Below the pieces are notes generated by a model, which made no database searches, had not been told where the DNA came from, and saw only the letters and a program-made list of their open reading frames with translations. The translations under genes were made by a program, and so were the position numbers. This document shows, piece after piece, positions 46,551 to 56,240 of a stretch of 64,000 nt of DNA (position 1 is the stretch's first letter; the number at the start of each line of letters is the position of its first letter). The DNA is from Ilumatobacteraceae bacterium (GTDB taxonomy: Bacteria; Actinomycetota; Acidimicrobiia; Acidimicrobiales; Ilumatobacteraceae), in NCBI GenBank assembly GCA_044361815.1, contig JBIKID010000001.1, positions 38,103-102,102 of the forward strand. The letters are read 5' to 3'.

Positions 46551-48105
46551 TTCGTTTACGAATATTGAGTTTGCGGTCATCTGCATTTGAACAGTGCCCA
46601 TCTTCCACACTGAAACGCCACCCGTGTAGGTCGCACACAACAAACCCGTTTTCGATGCGCCCAAACTCGGACAAGTCTGCTTGACGATGCGGGCAAAGAC
46701 GCTGCATCACATAGCCGTCTATTTCGATTTCAGCAGAGAGTTGAGTGGTCGCACCCTCAGGGGCTGTTCGGCGTACTGCTTCTTGTTCTGCGCGCCGCAT
46801 TCGCTCAACTGACAAGCTCTTGAAAAAGTTGTATAAAAACTCGTTGTATGCGCCGTCGCGCCATGCCGTAAAACGACAAGAGAGAAACAGCGAATTAGAC
46901 CAGTCAACGGCTCGGTCTGCAACTGTCTTTTCTAGTAGCGGCCGGGCAATCTCAAACCGATAGCGATACTTCTGATTTGTAAACGGGACCACGAGCCCGT
47001 TTGCAAAATCAATATACATTTCTGCATCATCTGTTTTCAATAAACATCCGCCACCAATCGCGGTTCGGAGTGTTGGGGCCATTGCCATTAATGGTTGCCA
47101 CCAATCTTGTAACTGGTTGAGCAAGTTGGTTTGTTGTTGTGGCCAAGTGGCTTTATAGCCACGCAGCCACTCAGCCCAGTCAGCCTGGTATTCACGCAAA
47201 TACTCTTCTTTGTGCACAAAGGGTCGCCGCACAAGATCATCACTCATCGGGTGCGTGACCACAACCGAACTCGGTGATACTTCAATTGATGTACCTGGAA
47301 TGTTGAGTATGGCTCGATCATTTCCACTTGCTTGAAGCCGCTTAATGAACTGTGTTTGATCAGGGAAGATGGAGAGCTCATCACCCGTAATCATGTTTGC
47401 CGAGAAGAGGTCTTCATCCAAAAAGCATGGTGGCCCGGCTGAAGGCACAACAACTCGTGCATCTACCAACGACACATATTTCATTGAGCGAGCAAATTGG
47501 CTTTCGACCTTGGTGCGGGCTTGTTGCATGAGTGATTCATGGGGTTCGTCGTAGACCATTGGGTACCAAATTGCTCCGCTGTACTGCAACCAATGCATGT
47601 CGACTGGGCCATGCACAGTGAGTGCACCCAAGTCGCCTGTGCGGCAATCGTTTTGATTAACAAGACGTGACTCGCCATCACTGATCACGATTGCCGAATC
47701 GCCACCTGGGCCATCAGCAATTGCACTCTCAACATGGATAGCGATTGTTAAACCATCACCCAAATCGATTTCTTTGCCATTTTCGGTACGCACAAAATGT
47801 GTGAAACCCAATTTGCTGAAACGACGCTCGAGCTCGCGAGTTGCAAAGTCGGGGAGCAATACTTTTGTTGACTTATCTATGTGATTTGTCAGCCACGGTT
47901 CATCTAAATGGTCAGCGTGTTGATGCGAAATGTAGAGATAGTCGGGAGATTCGATCTTTGCCATTAACTCTGGCGATAACTGATCGTTGCGTGGGAATAC
48001 GAACCATGACCCGAGGAAAGCAGGCAAAAACCATGGGTCACAAACAATCGTTGCCTGGCGCGTTTGCACCAACATGCCGGCATGGCCAATGGAGGTTGCC
48101 CTCAT
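46543..48105 (-). CDS. Metallo-beta-lactamase-fold domain fused to a C-terminal Rieske [2Fe-2S] domain
   Basis: N-terminus IGHAGMLVQ...ISHQHADHLD (MBL H-x-H-x-D-H). C-terminus CPH-x(17)-CDLH (Rieske C-x-H ... C-x2-H). Confidence 0.75.
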   Translation of the reverse strand: MRATSIGHAGMLVQTRQATIVCDPWFLPAFLGSWFVFPRNDQLSPELMAKIESPDYLYISHQHADHLDEPWLTNHIDKSTKVLLPDFATRELERRFSKLGFTHFVRTENGKEIDLGDGLTIAIHVESAIADGPGGDSAIVISDGESRLVNQNDCRTGDLGALTVHGPVDMHWLQYSGAIWYPMVYDEPHESLMQQARTKVESQFARSMKYVSLVDARVVVPSAGPPCFLDEDLFSANMITGDELSIFPDQTQFIKRLQASGNDRAILNIPGTSIEVSPSSVVVTHPMSDDLVRRPFVHKEEYLREYQADWAEWLRGYKATWPQQQTNLLNQLQDWWQPLMAMAPTLRTAIGGGCLLKTDDAEMYIDFANGLVVPFTNQKYRYRFEIARPLLEKTVADRAVDWSNSLFLSCRFTAWRDGAYNEFLYNFFKSLSVERMRRAEQEAVRRTAPEGATTQLSAEIEIDGYVMQRLCPHRQADLSEFGRIENGFVVCDLHGWRFSVEDGHCSNADDRKLNIRKRTS

Positions 48106-48111
48106 GTCGTT

Positions 48112-48471
48112 TTAGGCCACTGGTTGATCGGTGAATTGCTGACCACCGCGTGCAACATGTTCTGTCCACTCGGATCCATCCCAGTAGCGCAACTCGAAGC
48201 GCTTGGATGGATCTGGGTACCAAGCTGCAGGGGCAGCAGAGGAAGTTGTAGCAACTTGAGTGGTCGATGGGAATGGTGCCGTCGTAGTTGTGTACGTCGA
48301 TGTAGTAGTTCCGGCTTCTGAATTTGGGCGGCGAAGGAATGCGCAGTATCTGCCGTCAAACGTTGGCACGATGTTGACAACTTCCCAGCCTTCGGCAGAC
48401 TTCTTTGTCAACTCGGCTGCGAGTGCCTCAGGGCTTGATTTATAAGGGTTAAAAGCGACATACTCATACAT
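48112..48471 (-). CDS. Small protein with a C-terminal DUF2510-like motif
   Basis: AAWYPDPSKRFELRYWDGSEWTEHV is the DUF2510 signature. A Thr-rich linker precedes it. Sits upstream of the MBL-Rieske gene on the same strand. Confidence 0.55.
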   Translation of the reverse strand: MYEYVAFNPYKSSPEALAAELTKKSAEGWEVVNIVPTFDGRYCAFLRRPNSEAGTTTSTYTTTTAPFPSTTQVATTSSAAPAAWYPDPSKRFELRYWDGSEWTEHVARGGQQFTDQPVA

Positions 48472-48499
48472 ATATATACGAGGTTAGTACGCTCTTGTA

Positions 48500-49843
48500 A
48501 TGCCTCAGCAGGGAAGTGACCAAAAAACAGCAGATCAACTGCGCCAGGAAATTGCCGCCCTTGTTGAGCAGTACCACCAAGTGGCATTTCCTGCAAAGCC
48601 ATTTTTGGGAGGAATTTCAACGCTTCCGGTCTCGGGCAAGGTATTTAATGCCGATGAGATGCAACACCTTGTTGACTCCTCACTCGATTTTTGGCTGACC
48701 ACGGGTCGCTACGCCGAGCAATTCGAAACGCAATTTGCCAAAGTCATGGGCATGAAACACGCATTGCTGTGCAATTCTGGCTCAAGCGCCAACTTGTTGG
48801 CAGTGACCGCACTCACTTCTCCTCGCCTCAAGAAGCGAGCGCTCAGAGAGGGCGACGAAGTCATCACTGTTGCTGCTGGTTTTCCAACAACAGTCAACCC
48901 AATCTTGCAAAACAGGCTGGTGCCCGTGTTTGTTGACGTTCAGCTTGGTACGTATGACGCCACAATGGAAAGCATTGAGGCTGCAATCGGCCCAAAGACC
49001 AAAGCAATCGTGATGGCTCACACGCTCGGAAACCCATTCAATCTCGACGGAGTAATGAGTATTGCCAAAGAACACAATCTCTTTGTTGTTGAAGACACGT
49101 GTGATGCAGTGGGCGCCACCTACAACAACAAACCAGTTGGCTCGTTTGGCGATATCTCTACCACCAGTTTTTATCCTGCCCATCACATCACGATGGGCGA
49201 AGGTGGGTGTGTGCTTGTCAAGTCGGCACCAATGAAAAAGATTGTGGAGTCATTTCGCGATTGGGGTCGTGACTGCTGGTGCCCTCCAGGCAACGACGAC
49301 ACCTGCGGCCGCAGATTCGATTGGCAACTCGGTGAATTGCCATATGGATATGACCATAAGTATGTGTATTCACATATTGGTTACAACCTCAAACTCACCG
49401 ACATGCAAGCAGCAGTCGGCGTTGCACAACTCAAAAAACTTCCCGACTTCATTGAGGCTCGTCGACACAACTTCAATCGTCTATATGCCGGACTCAAAAA
49501 ATTTGAAGAAGTACTTATTCTCCCCGAGACAACTCCAAAGTCAAACCCAAGTTGGTTTGGATTCGCTATCACCGTTCGCCCCGGAGCGCCATTTTCACGA
49601 CTCGAATTAGTTCAACACATCGAAAGCCGTCGCATCGGTACTCGCCTCCTATTCGGCGGCAACCTCATGCGCCAACCTGCCTATATAGGTATGCCCCATC
49701 GGGTCGTTGGCCCGCTCACTAATGCCAACATCATCACTGACAACACCTTTTGGCTTGGCGTCTACCCAGGCCTTAATGACGAAATGGTCGACTTCATGAT
49801 TGCGACTGTTGCCGAATTCGTCGAGACCAAAGTGGGAGCATGA
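48500..49843 (+). CDS. rfbH: CDP-4-keto-6-deoxy-D-glucose 3-dehydrase (E1; RfbH/DdhC)
   Basis: DegT/DnrJ/EryC1 fold. [13 protein letters not shown] (His where aminotransferases have the PLP lysine). Exact Fe-S motif C-x57-C-x1-C-x7-C counted by hand (DTC...[13 protein letters not shown]). Confidence 0.9.
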   Translation: MPQQGSDQKTADQLRQEIAALVEQYHQVAFPAKPFLGGISTLPVSGKVFNADEMQHLVDSSLDFWLTTGRYAEQFETQFAKVMGMKHALLCNSGSSANLLAVTALTSPRLKKRALREGDEVITVAAGFPTTVNPILQNRLVPVFVDVQLGTYDATMESIEAAIGPKTKAIVMAHTLGNPFNLDGVMSIAKEHNLFVVEDTCDAVGATYNNKPVGSFGDISTTSFYPAHHITMGEGGCVLVKSAPMKKIVESFRDWGRDCWCPPGNDDTCGRRFDWQLGELPYGYDHKYVYSHIGYNLKLTDMQAAVGVAQLKKLPDFIEARRHNFNRLYAGLKKFEEVLILPETTPKSNPSWFGFAITVRPGAPFSRLELVQHIESRRIGTRLLFGGNLMRQPAYIGMPHRVVGPLTNANIITDNTFWLGVYPGLNDEMVDFMIATVAEFVETKVGA

Positions 49844-50793
49844 AGAAACTCATTTCGGTAATTGTTCCTGCCTACAACGAAGAGGCCTGTATTGAGGAAC
49901 TTGCGCGTCAATTGACTGCAGTGTTTGCTGTCAATGATCGCTACGACTTTGAAGTGTTGATTATTGAAAATGGTTCTGTCGATCGCACTTGGGAGATTTT
50001 GCAGACGATCAATGCGCGTGACTCGAGGTTTAAGGTCATTCGATTGGCCCGCAACTTCAGAATGGACGGTGGCATTACTGCCGGCCTTGACTATGCGACT
50101 GGTGCCGCAGTCGTATTTATGACAGCCGACTTGCAAGACCCACCCGAACTGATCACCGAGTTCATTAAGAAGTGGGAAGAGGGCTACGAAAACATTTACA
50201 TGCACGTGCTGAGACGCCGTGGCACAGGCCCAATTCGTTCATTCAACTCGAGCGCGTTCTATTGGCTTGCAGGCAAGCTCACCGACAATCGAATTCCAAA
50301 AAATGTTAGTGATTACCGATTACTTGACCGCAAGGTGTATGAAGCGGTCAGAAACATGAAAGAGCGCAATCGATTTGTGAGAGGGCTCGTTGCATGGGTT
50401 GGGTTTAAATCGATAGGCGTAGAAGCAGATCGTGCCGAACGTTTCGGTGGCGTGTCAAATGCCCACTCACTAAAAGTCATTGACCTTGCATTCAAAGGCA
50501 TTTTTTCTCACTCATATATTCCACTCAAATTGATCACGATGACAGGTGTAGTGCTCTCGCTGTCTTCTTTTGTCTCAATTGTTATTTTTGCCTTGGTATG
50601 GGTGTTCCGTGGTGTTCCATTCGCCGGCTTCGGCACACTTGTGTCAGTGGGGGTACTTGCGTTTGGCACGCTCACATTTATGTTGGGGATCATTGCGGAG
50701 TATTTAGGTCTCATTTACGAAGAGGTGAAGGGTCGACCAAATTTTGTTGTGAGTGACGTTCTCGGCGCAAACCTAGATCGTCAAGTTTCATGA
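49840..50793 (+). CDS. GT2 polyprenyl-phosphate glycosyltransferase (GtrB/ArnC/DPM1 architecture)
   Basis: [20 protein letters not shown], two C-terminal hydrophobic helices. ATGA overlap with rfbH. Confidence 0.85.
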   Translation: MKKLISVIVPAYNEEACIEELARQLTAVFAVNDRYDFEVLIIENGSVDRTWEILQTINARDSRFKVIRLARNFRMDGGITAGLDYATGAAVVFMTADLQDPPELITEFIKKWEEGYENIYMHVLRRRGTGPIRSFNSSAFYWLAGKLTDNRIPKNVSDYRLLDRKVYEAVRNMKERNRFVRGLVAWVGFKSIGVEADRAERFGGVSNAHSLKVIDLAFKGIFSHSYIPLKLITMTGVVLSLSSFVSIVIFALVWVFRGVPFAGFGTLVSVGVLAFGTLTFMLGIIAEYLGLIYEEVKGRPNFVVSDVLGANLDRQVS

Positions 50794-51488
50794 CAAGCAA
50801 AACATGTCTTGTAATCGGTGGTGCCGGAGCTATCGGCTCAGCCGTCGTCAAGCAGTTTGCACAAAAAGAATTTCAAGTGTGGATGTCATCACGATCTACG
50901 GGTGAAAAAGCCAAGCAGCAACTACAACTGCTTGGTAAAAGCGATGCTGATCGTTTGAGTCTGCGAGACGCTCCTACTTTTGACGCTGTCGTGTGGGCAC
51001 AGGGAGCAAACCTGAGTGACACCATTGCTGATGTAGACGATGATGCATTTGCGGAGCTCATTCAAGCAAACGTCGGCTTTGTGGTTTCCACAATGTCTTC
51101 GTTGCTGGCTTCCAAAAAGATCGCAAAAGGTGCGCGGCTTTGCGTCGTTTCATCAATCTGGCAACAAGCAATACGGCCCAACAAACTTTCGTATTCCATC
51201 ACCAAATCGGCTTTGAGTGGATTGGTCCAGTCAGCAGCGCTCGATTTGGCTGACCAAAACATTTTGGTCAACGCAGTATTACCCGGGGTGCTCGATACCC
51301 CAATGACACGTAGCATGCTCTCAAGTGATCAGATTAATTCGGTTGCATCTCGCACTGGCTTTGCTCGTCTAGTAACACCCCAAGAGGTAGCCGTGCTCTG
51401 TCACTTTCTCTGTTCTGAAGCAAATACCGCACTTACGGGCCAATCACTTGTAGCCGACTTAGGGTTTAGCAATGTCCGACCTGTCTAG
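50790..51488 (+). CDS. Short-chain dehydrogenase/reductase
   Basis: LVIGGAGAIGSAV, SSIW, YSITK (Y-x3-K). 232 aa. ATGA overlap upstream. Confidence 0.8.
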   Translation: MTSKTCLVIGGAGAIGSAVVKQFAQKEFQVWMSSRSTGEKAKQQLQLLGKSDADRLSLRDAPTFDAVVWAQGANLSDTIADVDDDAFAELIQANVGFVVSTMSSLLASKKIAKGARLCVVSSIWQQAIRPNKLSYSITKSALSGLVQSAALDLADQNILVNAVLPGVLDTPMTRSMLSSDQINSVASRTGFARLVTPQEVAVLCHFLCSEANTALTGQSLVADLGFSNVRPV

Positions 51489-52548
51489 TCATTCAACGGT
51501 CACAATTTCTTCACAATCTCATTCATACGATGTGATTGTTGGTTCTGGAGTTGTGAAAGAACGACTTCACACAAACAATCATGTGATTGTTGCAGATAGT
51601 CGATTTCAGCCAATGCTCAAACACTTAGGTAAAACAGAATGTATTTATGTTGATGCAGTGGAGAGTGCAAAAAATCTATCCACAGTCGAAGAGATTATTG
51701 TGCAACTGCAAAAGAGTGGGGTTCGCAGAGACTCGACAGTGCTGGCGCTCGGTGGTGGAATTATCCAAGACGTGGTAACGCTGGCAGCCTCGCTATATAT
51801 GCGTGGGATCAAATGGAACTATGCACCAACAACACTGTTGGCCATGGCTGACTCGTGTATTGGTGGCAAAAGCTCAATCAACACCACAACAGTAAAAAAC
51901 CTCATTGGCAACATTTATCCACCCCAATCCGTGTTTGTTGATACCGATTTTGTCCTGACACTTCCCGAAGCAGATGTGCTCGGCGGACTAGCCGAAGCAG
52001 CCAAGATTTGTTTTTGTAAGGGTGTAACTGAGTTTGAAGGATTCTTGAAGTTTGGAAATACAAGTACACCAGTAAATCTTGACGCAATGTTGCCGTACGT
52101 TCTGGATATCAAGAAGTGGTTTATTCAAATAGATGAGTTTGATGTGGCAGAGCGCAAACAACTCAACTTTGGTCACACGTTTGGCCACGCACTCGAAGTT
52201 GGAAGCGATCACGGCATACCCCACGGGCTGGCGGTCGCAAGTGGCATGCGCGCAGCGCTGTTGTTTGAATCACAGACAAGAGTGTTGTCTGGTGTTGAAC
52301 AACAGTTATTTGAATACACCTCAATGTTGGTTCGAAGCCTCGCCGAGCGATGGACGATCAGTGCTATTGATTGGGACAAATATGCGGTTGCCTTCAGTGG
52401 GGATAAGAAGCATGGCGTCTCCGATTATTGTTTAATCTTGCCAAATTCAAGCGGCGGAGTTCGAGTGCAATACATTCCAAAATCTGAAACGATTCTGAAG
52501 AACATTATTGATGCGCAAAAATTGGCTTTGAGCGGAGAGATAAAGTGA
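51472..52548 (+). CDS. 3-dehydroquinate synthase-fold (sugar phosphate cyclase superfamily) protein
   Basis: GGGIIQDVVTLAASLYMRGIKWNYAPTTLLAMADSCIGGKSSIN and NFGHTFGHALE parallel the AroB motifs. 17-nt overlap upstream. Confidence 0.78.
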   Translation: MSDLSSHSTVTISSQSHSYDVIVGSGVVKERLHTNNHVIVADSRFQPMLKHLGKTECIYVDAVESAKNLSTVEEIIVQLQKSGVRRDSTVLALGGGIIQDVVTLAASLYMRGIKWNYAPTTLLAMADSCIGGKSSINTTTVKNLIGNIYPPQSVFVDTDFVLTLPEADVLGGLAEAAKICFCKGVTEFEGFLKFGNTSTPVNLDAMLPYVLDIKKWFIQIDEFDVAERKQLNFGHTFGHALEVGSDHGIPHGLAVASGMRAALLFESQTRVLSGVEQQLFEYTSMLVRSLAERWTISAIDWDKYAVAFSGDKKHGVSDYCLILPNSSGGVRVQYIPKSETILKNIIDAQKLALSGEIK

Positions 52549-54317
52549 CACATGCAGACCAAATGATTCAGTGGCTCCACGAGATGGGCTACACACACTG
52601 CTTTTTTGTCTCTGGTGGCAACAGTATGCATTTGCTCAATGCGGCTCGCCAGAAGATGACATGTGTCCCTGTTGTTCATGAGGTTTCTGCTGGAATTGCA
52701 GCCGAGTATTTCAATGAGTCACATCTTTCTGAAGGCAAAGCATTTGTTTTGGTTACTGCTGGTCCTGGATTAACAAATCTGGTTACAGCTCTTGCTGGCG
52801 CATACCTGGAAAGCCGAGAACTGTTGGTTTTTGGGGGTCAAGTAAAGAGCAGTGATCTTGCAACCAACGGTTTAAGACAGCGTGGCATACAGGAAATTGA
52901 CGGAGTTGCAATTTCCCGCCCAATTTCAAAGGCAGTATTTCGGGTTGAACAACCCATTTCGCAAAGGGTTTTTGCTGGCCTTGTACGACAGACGTCAGAA
53001 GGTAGAAAAGGCCCAGTAGTTATTGAGGTTTGCCTAGATGCACAGGGTGCACCTGTGCAAAGCGATCCAGGTTCGTCACACGACATCACGGATGACAGTC
53101 TCTCGTTGGCATTGCCCTCAATGGCTGAGGTCAATCAGGTTCGCTCTCTGCTTGCAAAAAGTTCAAAACCCATGTTGTTGTTGGGTGGCGGGATTAGCCG
53201 ACAAGACTGCGCGGCGTTACTCCCTCTCATCGAAAAATGGAAAATCCCAGTAACCACTACGTGGAACGCAGCGGATCGAATGGACTCTGGTCATGAGCTC
53301 TACTTTGGGCGCCCAAATACTTGGGGTCAACGGTCAAGTAATCTCATTATTCAGCAAGCTGATTTACTTGTTGCCGCCGGTACAAGGTTGGGATTACAAC
53401 AAACTGGTTTCAATTGGTCGGAGTTCGTTCCAAACGGTGAAGTAATACAAATTGATATTGATCAGGAAGAGCTCGAAAAAGGCCACCCAAAGCTTGCGCT
53501 GGCCGTTTGTGCAGATGCTGCTTCGACACTGCACTTGATTTTTGAAGATGCTTCCCAGATACCAAATTGGTCCACATGGAGAAGTCACGCTCGGCGAATC
53601 CGTCAAGAATTGCCTTTGAGCGAAGAGGTAAACGGTCATCATCAGGGATTCCTCAATCCATTTGATTTTGCATTGTCTCTATCGGAACTTTGCAAATCAA
53701 ATGACACTGTTGTTCCGTGTTCATCGGGTGGTGCATTCACCGTGATGATGCAAGCGTTTAACCAAAAAGGCGGACAGACCATCATCACCAACAAGGGTCT
53801 TGCGAGCATGGGGTACGGACTCGCAGGTGCTATCGGTGCAGCACTTGCGGATCGCCGTCGCAGATCGATTCTGGTTGAAGGCGATGGCGGTTTTTCACAA
53901 AACTTACAAGAGCTTGCAACGGTCGCAGTACAAAAACTCAACCTCAAAATGTTTATTTTTGCAAACAATGGATATGCCAGTATACGCATGACACAAAAAA
54001 ACTATTTTGATGGCGCATATTTAGGATGCGACATTGAATCAGGCCTGGGGTTTCCTGACTGGCAAGTACTTGCGAAAGCGTTTGGCATTAGCTCAATGAC
54101 TTTGAGTGAAGGGTTCCAATCAGATCCAGGATTTCTCGAGTCATGGAATAACAATGACCCATGTTTGTATGTTGTTCCGGTACATCCAGAACAAACATAT
54201 TTCCCAAAAATCGCAAGTCAAGTTACTGCTTCGGGGTCAATGGAATCTGCACCACTGCACAGGATGACACCCTTGTTGTCTGACGAAGTAGCGAAAGAAC
54301 TCGGCCTCAATATCTGA
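52545..54317 (+). CDS. Thiamine diphosphate-dependent enzyme of the acetolactate synthase family (YerE-like candidate)
   Basis: 590 aa. N-terminal Pyr domain (HEVSAGIAAEY...TAGPGLTNL). C-terminal ThDP motif GDGGFSQNLQEL...NNGYASI. GTGA overlap upstream. Confidence 0.85.
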   Translation: MTHADQMIQWLHEMGYTHCFFVSGGNSMHLLNAARQKMTCVPVVHEVSAGIAAEYFNESHLSEGKAFVLVTAGPGLTNLVTALAGAYLESRELLVFGGQVKSSDLATNGLRQRGIQEIDGVAISRPISKAVFRVEQPISQRVFAGLVRQTSEGRKGPVVIEVCLDAQGAPVQSDPGSSHDITDDSLSLALPSMAEVNQVRSLLAKSSKPMLLLGGGISRQDCAALLPLIEKWKIPVTTTWNAADRMDSGHELYFGRPNTWGQRSSNLIIQQADLLVAAGTRLGLQQTGFNWSEFVPNGEVIQIDIDQEELEKGHPKLALAVCADAASTLHLIFEDASQIPNWSTWRSHARRIRQELPLSEEVNGHHQGFLNPFDFALSLSELCKSNDTVVPCSSGGAFTVMMQAFNQKGGQTIITNKGLASMGYGLAGAIGAALADRRRRSILVEGDGGFSQNLQELATVAVQKLNLKMFIFANNGYASIRMTQKNYFDGAYLGCDIESGLGFPDWQVLAKAFGISSMTLSEGFQSDPGFLESWNNNDPCLYVVPVHPEQTYFPKIASQVTASGSMESAPLHRMTPLLSDEVAKELGLNI

Positions 54318-54334
54318 TTGGCTAGACTTTAGAT

Positions 54335-55138
54335 ATGAACAAGACCGAGCGCGAGATGGTAGAAATCCTCAAAAAAGGCCGCGACAGTTACGGGTATGTT
54401 TCGGTTAAAGCAGAGTTTGAAGCCGAAGGCACTCGCATTGAAGAGCTCATGCGCCTGATCGAGATGGCCCACAGGGCAAACCTAGAGCTGACCGTGAAGA
54501 TCGGGGGCTGCGAAGCAATTCGCGACTTGCTTGAAGCTAAGCAGATTGGTGTTCGTTATATCGTTGCTCCGATGGTTGAGTCTCCATACGCATTGAGTAA
54601 GTACGTTGCCGCGAAAAACCAGGTATATACAGCCGATGAGCAGCAAGACACCGACTTTTTGTTTAACGTCGAAACGATTACCGCATTTGGGCATCGCCAG
54701 GAGCTCGCCAACGTTGCCAAAGCCACGGGCGGCGTACAGGGCATGGTCTTCGGCCGGGTTGATTTCTCTGGTTCAATTGGACTAAATCGCGACACCATTA
54801 ATGATGACCAAGTGATGAATGATGTCGTTACAACTGCAGAAGTTTGCAAAGCAGCTGGACTTCAACTTGTTGTTGGTGGTGGGGTATCGAAAGACTCAGT
54901 TCAGTGTTTGCGTCGAGTGCAAAAAGTATTGCTGACGCGCTTTGAAACTCGCAAGGTTGTGTTTGCCGGTGAGGCAATTCAGAGTGACGATATTGAAAAT
55001 GGATTGCTTAATGCCGTGCACTTTGAGATGTTGTGGCTCATGAACAAGCGTGATTACTATGGCTCAATTGAACGCGAAGATGCAAAGCGCATCGACATGC
55101 TTGAAGCGCGCTGGAAAATTCTTAACAAGTCAAACTAA
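54335..55138 (+). CDS. HpcH/HpaI aldolase / citrate-lyase-beta-like TIM-barrel protein (tentative)
   Basis: [13 protein letters not shown] resembles the HpcH-family PMVES motif. 267 aa. Confidence 0.55.
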   Translation: MNKTEREMVEILKKGRDSYGYVSVKAEFEAEGTRIEELMRLIEMAHRANLELTVKIGGCEAIRDLLEAKQIGVRYIVAPMVESPYALSKYVAAKNQVYTADEQQDTDFLFNVETITAFGHRQELANVAKATGGVQGMVFGRVDFSGSIGLNRDTINDDQVMNDVVTTAEVCKAAGLQLVVGGGVSKDSVQCLRRVQKVLLTRFETRKVVFAGEAIQSDDIENGLLNAVHFEMLWLMNKRDYYGSIEREDAKRIDMLEARWKILNKSN

Positions 55139-56193
55139 GTTGTTGCGTGCAGCATTGTGCGCTTGATCATCTCTTCAAGCGACGTCCATTCGGAAACCTG
55201 TAAGGCTTTTCTAGTACCTATATTCGCGGGTACGTACTGATGAATTGGTTCTGACGAGTCAATTGCTTTCGCAACAGTGATTTCTGGAAAGTAGTTTAAA
55301 ACTTCAGCAGAAACAGCAGCCACAGTTTGAGCTAATTCCAATATGGATACTGAGTGTTCAGAACCAATATGAAACGGCCCTACATCCTGATCATTTCCCT
55401 GAGCTAGAGCGCTCCAAAGCCAGGTTGCCATGTCGGACCCATACAAGTACGAACGGCGTGCTCGACCATCGCCCTGTATGGCGAGTGGCTGTCGGTCTAA
55501 AGCATTTTGTATAAAATTACCAATCGCAAAATGGGTGTCACGTGGCAGGTATTCACCGCCAAAAGCGAATAGTCGAGCAATAATGGGCGAGCATTGCCCA
55601 ATGTCTCCAGCCTCTCTGCACAATTGCTCTGCTATCTGTTTGCCTTGTGCATATGCGTTGAGTTGTCTCGCCGGTGGATTTGGCTGGACAATTCCTTCTG
55701 GAATGTGGCTCACAGTTTGAGGCTGAGTGCCATATACGGCGCCAGATGAGGTGAAGAGCAATGGTTGGTTATTGCCTGCGTACGTTAAAACAGATCTCAT
55801 TGCTTCTACGTTGATTCGCAACATCTTGGCTGGATTCTCGGCATTCAATTGAGCCGATGCTGGCGTTGCAGTATGAATAATCATGTCAACATGTCCAAGA
55901 TCAGGTGCGTTCGTCAAGAAATCATCCTCAACCCATGAAACATTTGGGCAACCAATTGCAATCGCATCCTGTACATGTTGAGCAGAAAGTCGTCTTGTCG
56001 GTATAACGAGCTCGATCTTGTTCTGAGAGTTCGCTTGGGCAATCTTGGCAGTCTGCAACATCCATTTTCCTACAAACCCGGTTCCGCCCGTAAGCAAAAT
56101 TCTCGAACCATTAATCCGCTCAAAGGCTGTCAACAGCCTCTCAAGATGCGGAGCAGAGAAAGGGAGATGGTGAGCAGCATCCATGAGATTCAA
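55135..56193 (-). CDS. NAD-dependent epimerase/dehydratase-family protein
   Basis: [26 protein letters not shown] (Y-x3-K). Convergent with the preceding gene, with a 4-nt stop overlap. Confidence 0.8.
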   Translation of the reverse strand: MNLMDAAHHLPFSAPHLERLLTAFERINGSRILLTGGTGFVGKWMLQTAKIAQANSQNKIELVIPTRRLSAQHVQDAIAIGCPNVSWVEDDFLTNAPDLGHVDMIIHTATPASAQLNAENPAKMLRINVEAMRSVLTYAGNNQPLLFTSSGAVYGTQPQTVSHIPEGIVQPNPPARQLNAYAQGKQIAEQLCREAGDIGQCSPIIARLFAFGGEYLPRDTHFAIGNFIQNALDRQPLAIQGDGRARRSYLYGSDMATWLWSALAQGNDQDVGPFHIGSEHSVSILELAQTVAAVSAEVLNYFPEITVAKAIDSSEPIHQYVPANIGTRKALQVSEWTSLEEMIKRTMLHATT

Positions 56194-56240
56194 AATCTAC
56201 CCCAGTCTGCAACAGCCCCTGTCGTAGACTTAAGTTTGTC

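Noticed and set aside
52545-54317. Annotating the ThDP enzyme as acetolactate synthase IlvB.
   Set aside because: No ilvN/ilvC/ilvD neighbours are present. The gene is translationally coupled inside a sugar-modification operon. It is kept as a family-level call with a YerE-like hypothesis only.
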